From: Clostridiales bacterium
Lineage (GTDB): Bacteria > Bacillota > Clostridia > Oscillospirales > CAG-272
NCBI GenBank assembly: GCA_016288155.1
Contig: JAEEYP010000034.1
Span: 9,136-73,135 of the forward strand
DNA length: 64,000 nt
Direction of reading: 5' to 3'
Part shown: piece by piece, positions 35,880-44,994 of the stretch
Layout of the letters: the number at the start of each line of letters is the position of its first letter
How positions within the stretch are numbered: the first letter of the stretch is position 1
Made by a program: the position numbers and the translations under genes
Notes under the pieces: model-generated
What the model saw: the letters and a program-made list of their open reading frames with translations, nothing else
Told to the model about the DNA's origin: nothing
Database searches by the model: none

Positions 35880-36944
35880 ATGAATAAGGTCGAAACCGCA
35901 CCGAAGATCACAAAGGAAACGAAGAATTCGATCCGCGTGGATTTTGAAAGGACGCCGCTTCTCGAACGCCTCAAGGCGCGCTTCGTGAACGTGTACTTCT
36001 TCCAGAAGGTCCTGGTCTACGTTTTCAAGTTCCTCTTCCTGCTCGGCATCTCGTACGTCATCCTGTTCCCGTTCTACTCGAAGATCTCCTCCTCCTTCAT
36101 GAGCGCCGAGGACTTCGTCGACGTCACGGTCAACATGGTGCCGCGTCACCCGACGCTCGCCACCTACAAGGCGATCATCCTGGACAACAACTACTGGAAG
36201 GCGTTTCTGAACACGCTGCTCCTCGCGGGCTCCTGCGCGATACTGCAGACGTTCGTCTGCTGTCTCGTCGGCTACGGCTTTGCGAAGTTCAAATTCAAGG
36301 GCAACGGAATTCTGTTCCTGGTCGTCATCTTCACGATGATCGTCCCGCATCAGACGCTCCAGCTCTCCATGTTCATGAAGTTCCGCTACTTCGACATAGG
36401 CATCGGGAAGTTCAGTATCTTCAACTTCCTCGGCGGAGGCTTGATCGACTCAGTCAACGTATTGAAGGATCCGTGGCTGAGGCTGATCAATACCTTCTGG
36501 CCGCTCATCATCCTCTCCGCCACCGGTCTTGCCTTCAAGAACGGTCTGTACATCTTCATGATGCGCTCGTTCTTCAAGGGCATCCCGGATGAGCTCGAGG
36601 AATCCGCCTACCTGGACGGCTCCGGCACGTTCCGCACCTTCGTGCAGATCATCCTGCCGCTGTCCATCCCGATGCTCATCACGGTCTTCATGTTCGCCTT
36701 CTCCTGGCAGTGGACGGACAACTATTACACGACCGTTTTCTTCACGACGACCGGTCCGCTGCTGATGCCGAAGATCGTCAAGGTGCCGAAATCGCTGAAC
36801 ACCGCTTACGCCGGCTCGAACATGTATGAGGCCGCGATCCGCAACACCTGCGGCATCCTCATCCTCCTGCCGCTGCTCATCCTCTACACCTTCATGCAGA
36901 GGTTCATCGTGCAGGGCATCGAGCGTTCCGGCATCACCGGCTGA
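35880..36944 (+). CDS. ABC sugar-transporter permease (MalG-type), pair 2, with extended N-terminus and an extra loop
   Basis: 354 aa. EAA loop ESAYLDGSGTFRTFVQIILPLSIP. Segment FRYFDIGIGKFSIFNFLGGGLIDSVNVLKDPWLRLINT has no counterpart in the pair-1 MalG-type protein. Confidence 0.85.
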   Translation: MNKVETAPKITKETKNSIRVDFERTPLLERLKARFVNVYFFQKVLVYVFKFLFLLGISYVILFPFYSKISSSFMSAEDFVDVTVNMVPRHPTLATYKAIILDNNYWKAFLNTLLLAGSCAILQTFVCCLVGYGFAKFKFKGNGILFLVVIFTMIVPHQTLQLSMFMKFRYFDIGIGKFSIFNFLGGGLIDSVNVLKDPWLRLINTFWPLIILSATGLAFKNGLYIFMMRSFFKGIPDELEESAYLDGSGTFRTFVQIILPLSIPMLITVFMFAFSWQWTDNYYTTVFFTTTGPLLMPKIVKVPKSLNTAYAGSNMYEAAIRNTCGILILLPLLILYTFMQRFIVQGIERSGITG

Positions 36945-36976
36945 CGCGTCGTCTGCCGCTTACCGCATCCCATCTC

Positions 36977-37010
36977 AGAGGAGAGACCGTCCGGTCTCTC
37001 CTCTTTCTTT
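36977..37010 (+). terminator. Rho-independent terminator closing the operon
   Basis: gaggagagaccg-tc-cggtctctcctc followed by tttcttt. Confidence 0.85.
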
Positions 37011-37080
37011 GCGGCACGGACGCGGATATGGGGAAAACGGGGCGCGCGGGAGCGCGCGGCGGTAAATTGTCGCCAAACAC

Positions 37081-37109
37081 TTGATTTATCGGGAAATTTT
37101 TGCTATACT
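37081..37109 (+). promoter_or_regulatory. Sigma-A-type promoter of hisS-aspS
   Basis: TTGATT, 17-nt spacer, TATACT. The leader to ATG 37158 is only about 45 nt. Confidence 0.65.
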
Positions 37110-37157
37110 TATTAGATAGAATATCCGACAGAAATCAACTCATCGGGAGAAACCGAC

Positions 37158-38525
37158 ATGGAAAAGATCAAACCGAGAACACTCTCGGGATTTATGGAAC
37201 TGCTTCCTCCGCAGCAGCAGCAGATGGAAGCGATGATGGAGATTCTGCGCCGCACGTACGCGCTGTACGGCTTCACGCCGATCGACACACCGGCGATCGA
37301 GGCGGCGGAGGTGCTGCTTGCCAAGGGCGGCGGCGAGACGGAGAAACAGATCTACCGCTTCACGAAGGGCGACGCCGATCTGGCGCTGCGATTCGACTTG
37401 ACCGTGCCGCTCGCCAAGTACGTCGCCATGCACTACGGGGAGCTCGCCTTCCCGTTCCGCCGCTATCAGATCGGGAAGGTGTACCGCGGCGAGCGGGCGC
37501 AGCGCGGCCGCTTCCGCGAATTCTATCAGGCGGATATCGACATCATCGGCGACGGACAGCTCGACGTGCTCAACGAGGCGGAGATCCCCGCGATCATCTG
37601 CCGCACCTTCACCGCCATGGGTCTGCGCCGCTTCTGCATCTGCGTCAACAACCGCAAGATCCTGAACGGATTTTATGAGATGCGCGGGCTCGGAGAGAAG
37701 GCGGGCGACGTCATGCGCACCGTGGACAAGCTTGACAAGATCGGCGCGGACGCGGTGCGGGAGATCCTCGTCGATGAGATCGGCGTTCCCGCCGCCGACG
37801 CGGACGCGGTGCTCGCGTTCATCGCCATCACCGGGGACAACGCCGCCGTACTCTCGGCGCTCGACGGATACGCCGGACAGAACGAGACCTTCGACACGGG
37901 GCTCGCGGAGCTGAAGGCGGTCACCGCCAATCTCACCGCGTTCGGCGTGCCGCAGGAGAATTTCAGGATCGATCTGACGATCGCACGCGGGCTCGATTAC
38001 TATACGGGCACCGTGTACGAGACGCTGCTCCCGGATCACCCGGAGATCGGCTCCGTCTGCTCCGGCGGACGGTACGACAATCTGGCGGAGTATTACACCG
38101 ATCGGCCGCTGCCCGGCGTCGGGATCTCCATCGGGCTGACGCGCCTGTTCTACGTGCTGGGCGAGCAGGGCTATCTGAATCCCGCGATGAACACCGCGCC
38201 CGCAGACGTTCTGGTCCTGCCGATGACGGACGCGCAGGAACCGGCCGTCCGCCTCGCGACCGTATTGCGCGGCGCGGGGATCCGCACGCAGCTGTACAAC
38301 GAGAAAAAGAAATTCAAGGCAAAACTCGCCTACGCCGACCGGCTTGGGATCCCCTACGCCGCGCTGCTCGGCGAGGATGAGATCGCCGCCGGGAAGGTAT
38401 CGCTCAAGGATCTGCGCACCGGCGAGCAGGTCACCGTAACGCCCGAGGAGGCGCCGGAGCGGATCCGGCGCGGGCTCGGCAGCGCCGGCCCCGTCATCGT
38501 GGAGCCGGACGGAACGAAGGCGTGA
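37158..38525 (+). CDS. hisS: Histidine--tRNA ligase
   Basis: 455 aa. LRFDLTVPLAKYV, FRRYQIGKVYRGERAQRGRFREFYQADIDIIG and GGRYDNL class-II HisRS motifs. Confidence 0.95.
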   Translation: MEKIKPRTLSGFMELLPPQQQQMEAMMEILRRTYALYGFTPIDTPAIEAAEVLLAKGGGETEKQIYRFTKGDADLALRFDLTVPLAKYVAMHYGELAFPFRRYQIGKVYRGERAQRGRFREFYQADIDIIGDGQLDVLNEAEIPAIICRTFTAMGLRRFCICVNNRKILNGFYEMRGLGEKAGDVMRTVDKLDKIGADAVREILVDEIGVPAADADAVLAFIAITGDNAAVLSALDGYAGQNETFDTGLAELKAVTANLTAFGVPQENFRIDLTIARGLDYYTGTVYETLLPDHPEIGSVCSGGRYDNLAEYYTDRPLPGVGISIGLTRLFYVLGEQGYLNPAMNTAPADVLVLPMTDAQEPAVRLATVLRGAGIRTQLYNEKKKFKAKLAYADRLGIPYAALLGEDEIAAGKVSLKDLRTGEQVTVTPEEAPERIRRGLGSAGPVIVEPDGTKA

Positions 38526-38561
38526 GAGAGTACCGCTGATAATACGGAAGGAGACGGTTTT

Positions 38562-40328
38562 ATGATGCAAATGCGTACGCACACCTGCGGGGAGCTGCGG
38601 CTCGCCGACGCGGGGAAGAAGGTCCGGCTGGCGGGTTGGATGGAGAACGTCCGCGAGGTCGGGGGAAATCTGGCGTTCGTCGTCCTGCGCGACTTCTACG
38701 GCACGACGCAGCTCGTGATCGAGACGGAGGAGCTGAGGCGCGCCGTGACGGAACTCAATAAGGAATCGACGATCGCGGTGAGCGGCACCGTCCGCGAGCG
38801 CTCGTCCAAGAATCCGAAGCAGCCGACGGGCGACGTCGAGGTCGTCCCGGACGCGATCGAGGTGCTCGGTCGCTGCCGGTACGCGAGCCTCCCCTTCGAG
38901 ATCAACCGCAGCCGCGAGGCGGACGAGACGCAGAGACTGAAGTACCGCTATCTCGATCTGCGCAATCCGGAGGTCAAGAAGAATATCATCCTGCGCTCGA
39001 ACGTCGTGGCGGCGCTCCGCCGCGCGATGACGGAGCACGGCTTCCTTGAGATCACGACGCCGATCCTCACCGCGTCGAGTCCCGAGGGCGCGCGCGACTA
39101 TCTCGTGCCGTCCCGCAAGCATCCCGGAAAATTCTATGCGCTGCCGCAGGCGCCGCAGCAGTTCAAGCAGCTGCTCATGACCTCCGGCTTCGACCGGTAT
39201 TTCCAGATCGCTCCGTGCTTCCGCGACGAGGACGCGCGCGGCGACCGCTCTCCGGGCGAGTTCTATCAGCTCGATATGGAAATGGCGTTCGCCTCGCAGG
39301 AGGACGTGTTCGCCGTGCTCGAGGACGTGCTGCCGCCGGTCTTTGCCGAATACGGGACGTATCATATCGCCTCAAGGCCTCCGTTCCGCCGCATCGCGTA
39401 CCGCGACGCGCTCGAGACGTACGGCACCGACAAGCCGGATCTCCGTATCGATCTGACGGCCGTTAACGTGACGGCGCTCTTCGAAGGGACGGAGTTCGCG
39501 CCCTTCGCGGGACAGACGGTCCGCGCCGTCGCCGTTTCCGGCTGTGCGCTGACGCGCAAGCAGATCGAGAAGCTGCTCGCCGACTGCGAGGTGCAGAGCG
39601 GGGAGAAGGGGTACTGGTTCAAAGTCGACGAGAGCGGTGCGCTCGCGGGCGGCGTCGCCAAATTCGTCGAGAGGGAGAAGGCCGAGACGCTTCTGCCGCT
39701 CGCGCCGAACACGCTCGTGCTCCTCGCCGCCGGACCGCAGTCCGTCAAGAACGTCGGCGTCATGATCAAGATCTTCGGGCGCGAGTGCCCGGGACATATG
39801 GACAAGGAACGGTACGAGTTCTGCTGGATCGTCGATTTCCCGATGTACGAGATCGGGGAGGAGAGCGGCGAGCTCGAGTTCTGCCACAACCCGTTCTCCA
39901 TGCCGAAGGGCGGTCTTGAGACGCTGCTCGCGGCGGAACGCGGGGAGATCGACCCGCTCTCCGTCACGGCGGATCAGTACGACCTCGTCTGCAACGGCGT
40001 GGAGCTTTCCTCCGGCGCCGTCCGCAACCACGATCCGGAAATCATGGTCAAGGCGTTCGAACTCGTCCGTCTCGGCGAGGAGGACGTGAAGGCGAAATTC
40101 CCGGCGATGTACAACGCGTTCTGCTACGGCGCGCCGCCGCACGCGGGGATCGCGCCCGGCGTGGACCGGATGGTCATGCTGCTCGCCGGGGAGGAATCGA
40201 TCCGCGAGATCATTCCGTTCCCGATGAACAAGAACGCGCAGGACGTGATGATGGGCGCTCCCTCCGAGGTGCTGCCGAAGCAGCTGGAGGAATTGCACAT
40301 CGCCGTCACAAAACAGGAAGAGGAGTAA
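38562..40328 (+). CDS. aspS: Aspartate--tRNA ligase
   Basis: 588 aa. RTHTCGELR..., [55 protein letters not shown]. Confidence 0.95.
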   Translation: [588 protein letters not shown]

Positions 40329-40364
40329 GGGACGCCGTCTGATCGGCGTCTTCGCCCGAGAGAC

Positions 40365-40877
40365 GTGATATTCGAACGATTTCTCATCCCGGATCTCATG
40401 GTGGAGCACTACAGCAGTGTGACGCCGGAGTTTCTTGTACAGACGGGGATCCGCGGTCTGATCTGCGATATCGACAATACGCTGGCGCCGTATGAGGAAG
40501 CGGAGCCGGACGCCGCCGCGCTGCGCTGGTTTTCCGCGCTGCGCGAGGCGGGGATCCGCGTTGCTTTCGTTTCCAACAACAGCGCCGGACGGGTCGCGCG
40601 CTACAACCGTTCTCTCGGCTATCCGGCGTTCCCCCGCAGCAAGAAGCCGCTGACCGGCGCGCTGCGCCGCGCGATGGCGGTCATGGGGACGGACGTGACC
40701 TCGACCGCCTCTCTCGGCGATCAGCTTTTCACCGACGCCGCCGCCGCGCGGCGGTGCGGGATCCTGACGATCATCGTGCCCCCGATCCGGGACAGAAGAT
40801 CGCTGTTCTTCCGCTGCAAGCGTTTTCTCGAACGACCGTATCTGGATCAGTACCGCCGCCTGCACGGGATCCTGTGA
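40365..40877 (+). CDS. yqeG: YqeG-family HAD-IIIA phosphatase
   Basis: GTG start. GLICDIDNTLAPY (DxDxT motif), VSNNS, GDQLFTD. Confidence 0.75.
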   Translation: MIFERFLIPDLMVEHYSSVTPEFLVQTGIRGLICDIDNTLAPYEEAEPDAAALRWFSALREAGIRVAFVSNNSAGRVARYNRSLGYPAFPRSKKPLTGALRRAMAVMGTDVTSTASLGDQLFTDAAAARRCGILTIIVPPIRDRRSLFFRCKRFLERPYLDQYRRLHGIL

Positions 40878-40904
40878 GCGCGGCGCCCCGAAAGGAAGCA
40901 TACC

Positions 40905-41978
40905 ATGAACGAAAGACTGACCCGACTGCGCGCGGAGATGGAGCGGCGCGGTCTGGACGCCGTGTGGATCACGTCGGCGGAGAATCATCTGTATTTCTCG
41001 CTTTTCGACAACCCGGACGGCTGGATGCTCATCACGCGCACGAAAGCGTACGTGTTCGCCGATTTCCGTTATATCGAGGCGGCGCGGCGCGAGGCGTCGC
41101 CGGACTGCACCGTCATCGAGCCGCCGCGTCGGCGCACGGATTATCTGCCGCCGCTGATCGAGGAGGAGAACGTCCGCGTGATCGGCTACGAGGACGAACG
41201 GCTGAGCTGCCGGGCGCTCGCGTCGCTTGAGGAGGATCTGCCGCAATGCACGTTCGTCCCGCTCGGACGGCTGTGCATCGAGCTGCGCACCGTGAAGACG
41301 GAAGCGGAGGTCGAGCATATCGTCGCCGCGCAGCGGATCGCGGAGGACGCGCTCGCCGCCGTGCTCGCGCTCATCCGTCCGGAGATGACGGAACTCGAGG
41401 TGGCGGCGGAGCTTGAGTATCAGATGAAGAAGCGCGGCTCCCGCAAGCCGAGCTTCGACACGATCGCCGTGTCCGGTTCCGCCTCCTCCAGCCCGCACGG
41501 CGTGCCGCGTCCCTGCCCGCTTGAGCGCGGCTTTCTGACGATGGACTTCGGTGCGATGGTGGACGGGTATCATTCGGACATGACGCGCACCGTCGTGATC
41601 GGCCGCGCGGATACGGAGATGAAGCGGCTGTACCGCACGGTGCTGGACGCCCAGCTTGCCGCACTCGCCGCGCTCCGTCCCGGCGCGCGCAACGCCGACA
41701 TGGACAAGATCGCGCGGGATCTCATCGACGGCGCGGGCTACGCCGGATGCTTCGGACACAGCCTCGGCCACGGCGTCGGGCTGGAGATCCACGAGGCGCC
41801 GAACCTGTCGGCGTTCTCCGGCGATCTGACGCTCCGTCCCGGCGAGATCGTCACCGTGGAGCCGGGCATTTATCTCGAAGGGAAGTACGGCTGCCGCATC
41901 GAGGACATGGCGTGCATCACGGAGGACGGGTACAGGAACCTGACGGCGGCGCCGAAGGAGCTGACGGAGATCCTCTGA
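40905..41978 (+). CDS. Xaa-Pro aminopeptidase (M24B family)
   Basis: 357 aa. DFGAMVDGYHSDMTRT, GHSLGHGVGLEIHEAP, VTVEPGIY...RIED. Confidence 0.9.
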   Translation: MNERLTRLRAEMERRGLDAVWITSAENHLYFSLFDNPDGWMLITRTKAYVFADFRYIEAARREASPDCTVIEPPRRRTDYLPPLIEEENVRVIGYEDERLSCRALASLEEDLPQCTFVPLGRLCIELRTVKTEAEVEHIVAAQRIAEDALAAVLALIRPEMTELEVAAELEYQMKKRGSRKPSFDTIAVSGSASSSPHGVPRPCPLERGFLTMDFGAMVDGYHSDMTRTVVIGRADTEMKRLYRTVLDAQLAALAALRPGARNADMDKIARDLIDGAGYAGCFGHSLGHGVGLEIHEAPNLSAFSGDLTLRPGEIVTVEPGIYLEGKYGCRIEDMACITEDGYRNLTAAPKELTEIL

Positions 41979-42020
41979 CGGAAAAAATCCGCCGCGGGCG
42001 AAAAAAATCCCGTTTCCTAC

Positions 42021-42049
42021 TTGCAAAACGGGAAAAAATACGCTACAAT
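42021..42049 (+). promoter_or_regulatory. Sigma-A-type promoter of efp
   Basis: TTGCAA, 17-nt spacer, TACAAT. Confidence 0.6.
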
Positions 42050-42130
42050 ATATTGTAAGTGTTTTTCGGCATTTTAATCTTAGAAAGGAGATGCACGGGG
42101 AGCCGCGGAGGCTGCCCGTGCGGAGAAAGA

Positions 42131-42688
42131 ATGGTAGTCGCAGGAGATTTCAAAAACGGAGCAACGTTCGATATGGACGGATCGGTTATGCAGGTGATCG
42201 AGTTCCAGCACGTCAAGCCGGGCAAGGGCGCGGCGTTCGTGCGCACGAAGCTGCGCAACGTCATCACCGGAGCGGTCATCGAGAAGACGTTCAATCCGAC
42301 CGATAAGTTCCAGGATGCCCGCATCGACCGCAAGGAAATGCAGTATCTGTACAACGACGGCGATCTCTATTACTTCATGGATATGGAGTCCTACGAGCAG
42401 ATCCCGCTGAACAAGAGCCTTCTCTCCGAGAACTTCAAGTTCGTCAAGGAAGAGATGATCTGCCGCGTCAACTCGTACAAGGAGAACGTGTTCCTCGTCG
42501 AGCCGCCGATGTTCGTGGAGCTGGCCGTCGCCGAGTGCGAGCCCGGCGTCCGCGGCGATACCGCGACCGGCGCGTCCAAGAACGCGACGCTGGAGACCGG
42601 CGCCGTGGTCCGCGTGCCGCTCTTCATCAACGAAGGAGAAAAGATCCGCATCGACACGAGGACCGGCGAGTATATCGAAAGAGCGTAA
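42131..42688 (+). CDS. efp: Elongation factor P
   Basis: Start [17 protein letters not shown]; [23 protein letters not shown]. 185 aa. Confidence 0.95.
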   Translation: MVVAGDFKNGATFDMDGSVMQVIEFQHVKPGKGAAFVRTKLRNVITGAVIEKTFNPTDKFQDARIDRKEMQYLYNDGDLYYFMDMESYEQIPLNKSLLSENFKFVKEEMICRVNSYKENVFLVEPPMFVELAVAECEPGVRGDTATGASKNATLETGAVVRVPLFINEGEKIRIDTRTGEYIERA

Positions 42689-42722
42689 ACGGTTTTTCGT
42701 CGATCGAAAGGAGCGAGCAGGG

Positions 42723-43184
42723 ATGAATATCACGGAAAAGAGCGCGTATCTCAAGGGGCTGGCGGAAGGGCTGCAGCTGGATGCGGCGAAGCCGGAGACG
42801 AAGCTGATCTCCGCGCTGATCGATCTTGTCTCCGAGCTGAGCGAGAAGGTCGCCGAGCTGGAGCATGACGTGGAGACCCTGAACGATTATGTCGACGAGG
42901 TGGACGAGGATCTCGGCCGCCTGGAGGAAACGCTGGACGTCGGAGACGACGAGGACGACGATTCCGAGACGTGCGATCATGACTGCGATCGTTGCCTGTT
43001 CCCGGAGGACGAGGACGATTTCGAGGACGATGAGGACGAGGACGAAGGCTTTCGGTGCCTGACGTGCCCCTCCTGCGGCGAGAAGATCTATTTCGACGAG
43101 TCGATGGATCCGTCCGATCTTCTCTGCCCCGCCTGCGGCAAGCCCGTGAGCGAGGAGGAGGAAGAAGGTCAGAGCGAGGTTTGA
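42723..43184 (+). CDS. Acidic zinc-ribbon protein (CD1247 N-terminal-domain-like)
   Basis: MNITEKSAYLKGLAEGL..., a long D/E-rich tract, and CLTCPSCGEKIYFDE...LLCPACGKPV (two CxxC pairs). Confidence 0.6.
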   Translation: MNITEKSAYLKGLAEGLQLDAAKPETKLISALIDLVSELSEKVAELEHDVETLNDYVDEVDEDLGRLEETLDVGDDEDDDSETCDHDCDRCLFPEDEDDFEDDEDEDEGFRCLTCPSCGEKIYFDESMDPSDLLCPACGKPVSEEEEEGQSEV

Positions 43185-43193
43185 TCCGCTGTC

Positions 43194-43228
43194 AAAAAGA
43201 GGGCGCTTTCCGCACCCTCTTTTTCTGA
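43194..43228 (+). terminator. Rho-independent terminator
   Basis: aagagggcg-ctttcc-gcaccctctt followed by tttctg. Confidence 0.6.
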
Positions 43229-43372
43229 CGCCGTGAGTCCGTATCTGCAAAGGAACGGCTCATGGCGATTTTGAAGGGGCGGACGCCGCTTTATGTATGA
43301 TGACCGATGCCGCGCGAACGATTTTTCTGATTCTCCGGCGCCTGACGCCGGATATGGAAAGGACTACAGGAT

Positions 43373-44500
43373 ATGGGACACGCAGAATTGAAGGAATGGA
43401 CGCTGCTCTCGCCGCTGCCGGATCTGTTTGAGAAGGACGACGGCGGACGCATCGCGGCGCCGGAGGAATGGGCGGCGCAGCGCGAGCGGATCTATCGCCT
43501 GGGCGTCGGCATGCAGTACGGCGGGATGCCGCCGGAACCGGAGTTCGTCGAGGTCGAGCTTCTGCATCCCGGCTCGTCGCTGAACACGTATCGCATCCAT
43601 ACGGGAAAGCGGGAGAAGCCGGTCACCTTTATCATGCAGACGATCGTCCCGAAGGACGCGAAGAATTGCCCCGTCGTCATCGACGGCGACGGCTGCTTCC
43701 CGTACGTGTACCGGGACGACGTGCTGAAAGAATTTGAGAACGCGGGCGTCGCTTTCGTCCGCTTCAACCGGACGGAGATCGTGCACGACGACTATAGGGC
43801 GGACCGAAATCACGGGCTGTACGAGGTCTATCCGGAGTACACGTTCAGCGCGCTCGCCGCGTGGGCGTGGGGCTTCCACCGCTGCACGGACGCCGTTCTG
43901 CAGCTCGGATTCGCCGATCCGAACTGGATCGCCTATACGGGACACTCCCGCGGCGGGAAGACGGCGCTCCTCGCGGGCGCGACGGATCCGCGCGCGGCGG
44001 TCGTGAACCCGAACGGGAGCGGCACCGCCGGCGCGGCGTGCTACCGCCTCCGCTCAAAGACTCTCGCCGAGGACGGGAGCGAGGAAGTGAGCGAACCGCT
44101 CTCCTACCTTCTCGGCGCCGTTCCGTACTGGCTCGGGCCGGAAATGAAGGAGTACGGCGACCGGGAGGACGAGCTTCCTTTCGACTCGCATTTCCTCAAG
44201 GCGCTCGTCGCTCCGCGCATCCTGCTCTGCACGGACGCGCTTTCCGACGGCTGGGCGAATCCGCTCGGCACCTATATGACGTCGAAGGCGGCGAAGGAAG
44301 TGTTCCGCTTCCTCGGCGCGGAGGATCATATCATGAACCGCTACCGCGAGGGCGTCCACTGCCACACGCCGGACGACGTGCGGATCCTGCTCAACGTGAT
44401 CGCGCATTTCCGCTCCGGCGCGCCGCTGGACGAGACGATCAACCATACGCCCTTCGACGCGATCCCGCCGGTGCACACGTGGCATTGCCCGGAAAAATAA
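43373..44500 (+). CDS. CE15-like glucuronoyl esterase / alpha-beta hydrolase, no signal peptide
   Basis: 375 aa. AYTGHSRGGKTALLAG matches the CE15 G-x-S-R-x-G-K nucleophile motif. C-terminal histidine region REGVHCHTPDD. Confidence 0.6.
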   Translation: MGHAELKEWTLLSPLPDLFEKDDGGRIAAPEEWAAQRERIYRLGVGMQYGGMPPEPEFVEVELLHPGSSLNTYRIHTGKREKPVTFIMQTIVPKDAKNCPVVIDGDGCFPYVYRDDVLKEFENAGVAFVRFNRTEIVHDDYRADRNHGLYEVYPEYTFSALAAWAWGFHRCTDAVLQLGFADPNWIAYTGHSRGGKTALLAGATDPRAAVVNPNGSGTAGAACYRLRSKTLAEDGSEEVSEPLSYLLGAVPYWLGPEMKEYGDREDELPFDSHFLKALVAPRILLCTDALSDGWANPLGTYMTSKAAKEVFRFLGAEDHIMNRYREGVHCHTPDDVRILLNVIAHFRSGAPLDETINHTPFDAIPPVHTWHCPEK

Positions 44501-44520
44501 GATCCTGTCATCGATCGGCA

Positions 44521-44558
44521 AAGGACTGCCGCGCCGAGGCGCGGCAGTCCTCTTTTTA
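44521..44558 (+). terminator. Rho-independent terminator
   Basis: ggactgccgcgcc-gag-gcgcggcagtcc followed by tcttttt. Confidence 0.85.
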
Positions 44559-44569
44559 TCCCTTCCGTC

Positions 44570-44598
44570 TTGCATCCGGTGGAAAAATCTGTTATAAT
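44570..44598 (+). promoter_or_regulatory. Sigma-A-type promoter
   Basis: TTGCAT, 17-nt spacer, TATAAT. Confidence 0.65.
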
Positions 44599-44629
44599 AA
44601 ACACAGACGATATCGAAGGAGGGTATGCC

Positions 44630-44869
44630 ATGAAGTGTCCTTACTGCGGCGGCGAGATGGAACGCGGGCTGATCCAGAGCCGGCAGGAACTGTGCTGGAT
44701 CCCGGGCGAGGATCGGAAGACGTTCGTGCGTGCCGAATTTCACGAGGGGGCCGTCGTGCTCTCAAAGCTTTCCTTTTTGAAGGGTTCGGCGGTGACGGCG
44801 CATCTGTGCCGTGCGTGCCGGAAGGTCGTCATCGACTGCGCCGACGGGACGTCCGATAAGAACGGATAA
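44630..44869 (+). CDS. Small zinc-ribbon protein (DUF6487-like)
   Basis: MKCPYCGGEMERGLIQS...HLCRACRKVVID. Two CxxC pairs, 79 aa. RBS gaaggaggg. Confidence 0.55.
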   Translation: MKCPYCGGEMERGLIQSRQELCWIPGEDRKTFVRAEFHEGAVVLSKLSFLKGSAVTAHLCRACRKVVIDCADGTSDKNG

Positions 44870-44921
44870 GAACGGAAGCGGACGCAGAGTCCGCGGCGCG
44901 GGCATTGTCGGATATTACCGC

Positions 44922-44951
44922 TTGCCGAACGCGCCGCACGTGTGTTATAAT
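44922..44951 (+). promoter_or_regulatory. Possible sigma-A promoter of the tilS-hpt-ftsH operon
   Basis: TTGCCG, 18-nt spacer, TATAAT with TGT extended -10. Confidence 0.45.
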
Positions 44952-44994
44952 AATAACGTATCCCATACCGTAGAAAACATAAGGACGCGCGCCG

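Noticed and set aside
37110-37157. An expected T-box leader upstream of hisS-aspS.
   Set aside because: The promoter-to-start distance is only about 45 nt. No specifier hairpin or T-box sequence is visible.
42091-42306. A 71-codon ORF starting at an ATG with a good RBS (aaaggag) in the efp leader.
   Set aside because: It is out of frame with and overlapping efp, and its translation is Arg-rich low complexity. The canonical EF-P N-terminus [10 protein letters not shown] starts at 42131. At most, the ATG may mark a short leader feature.
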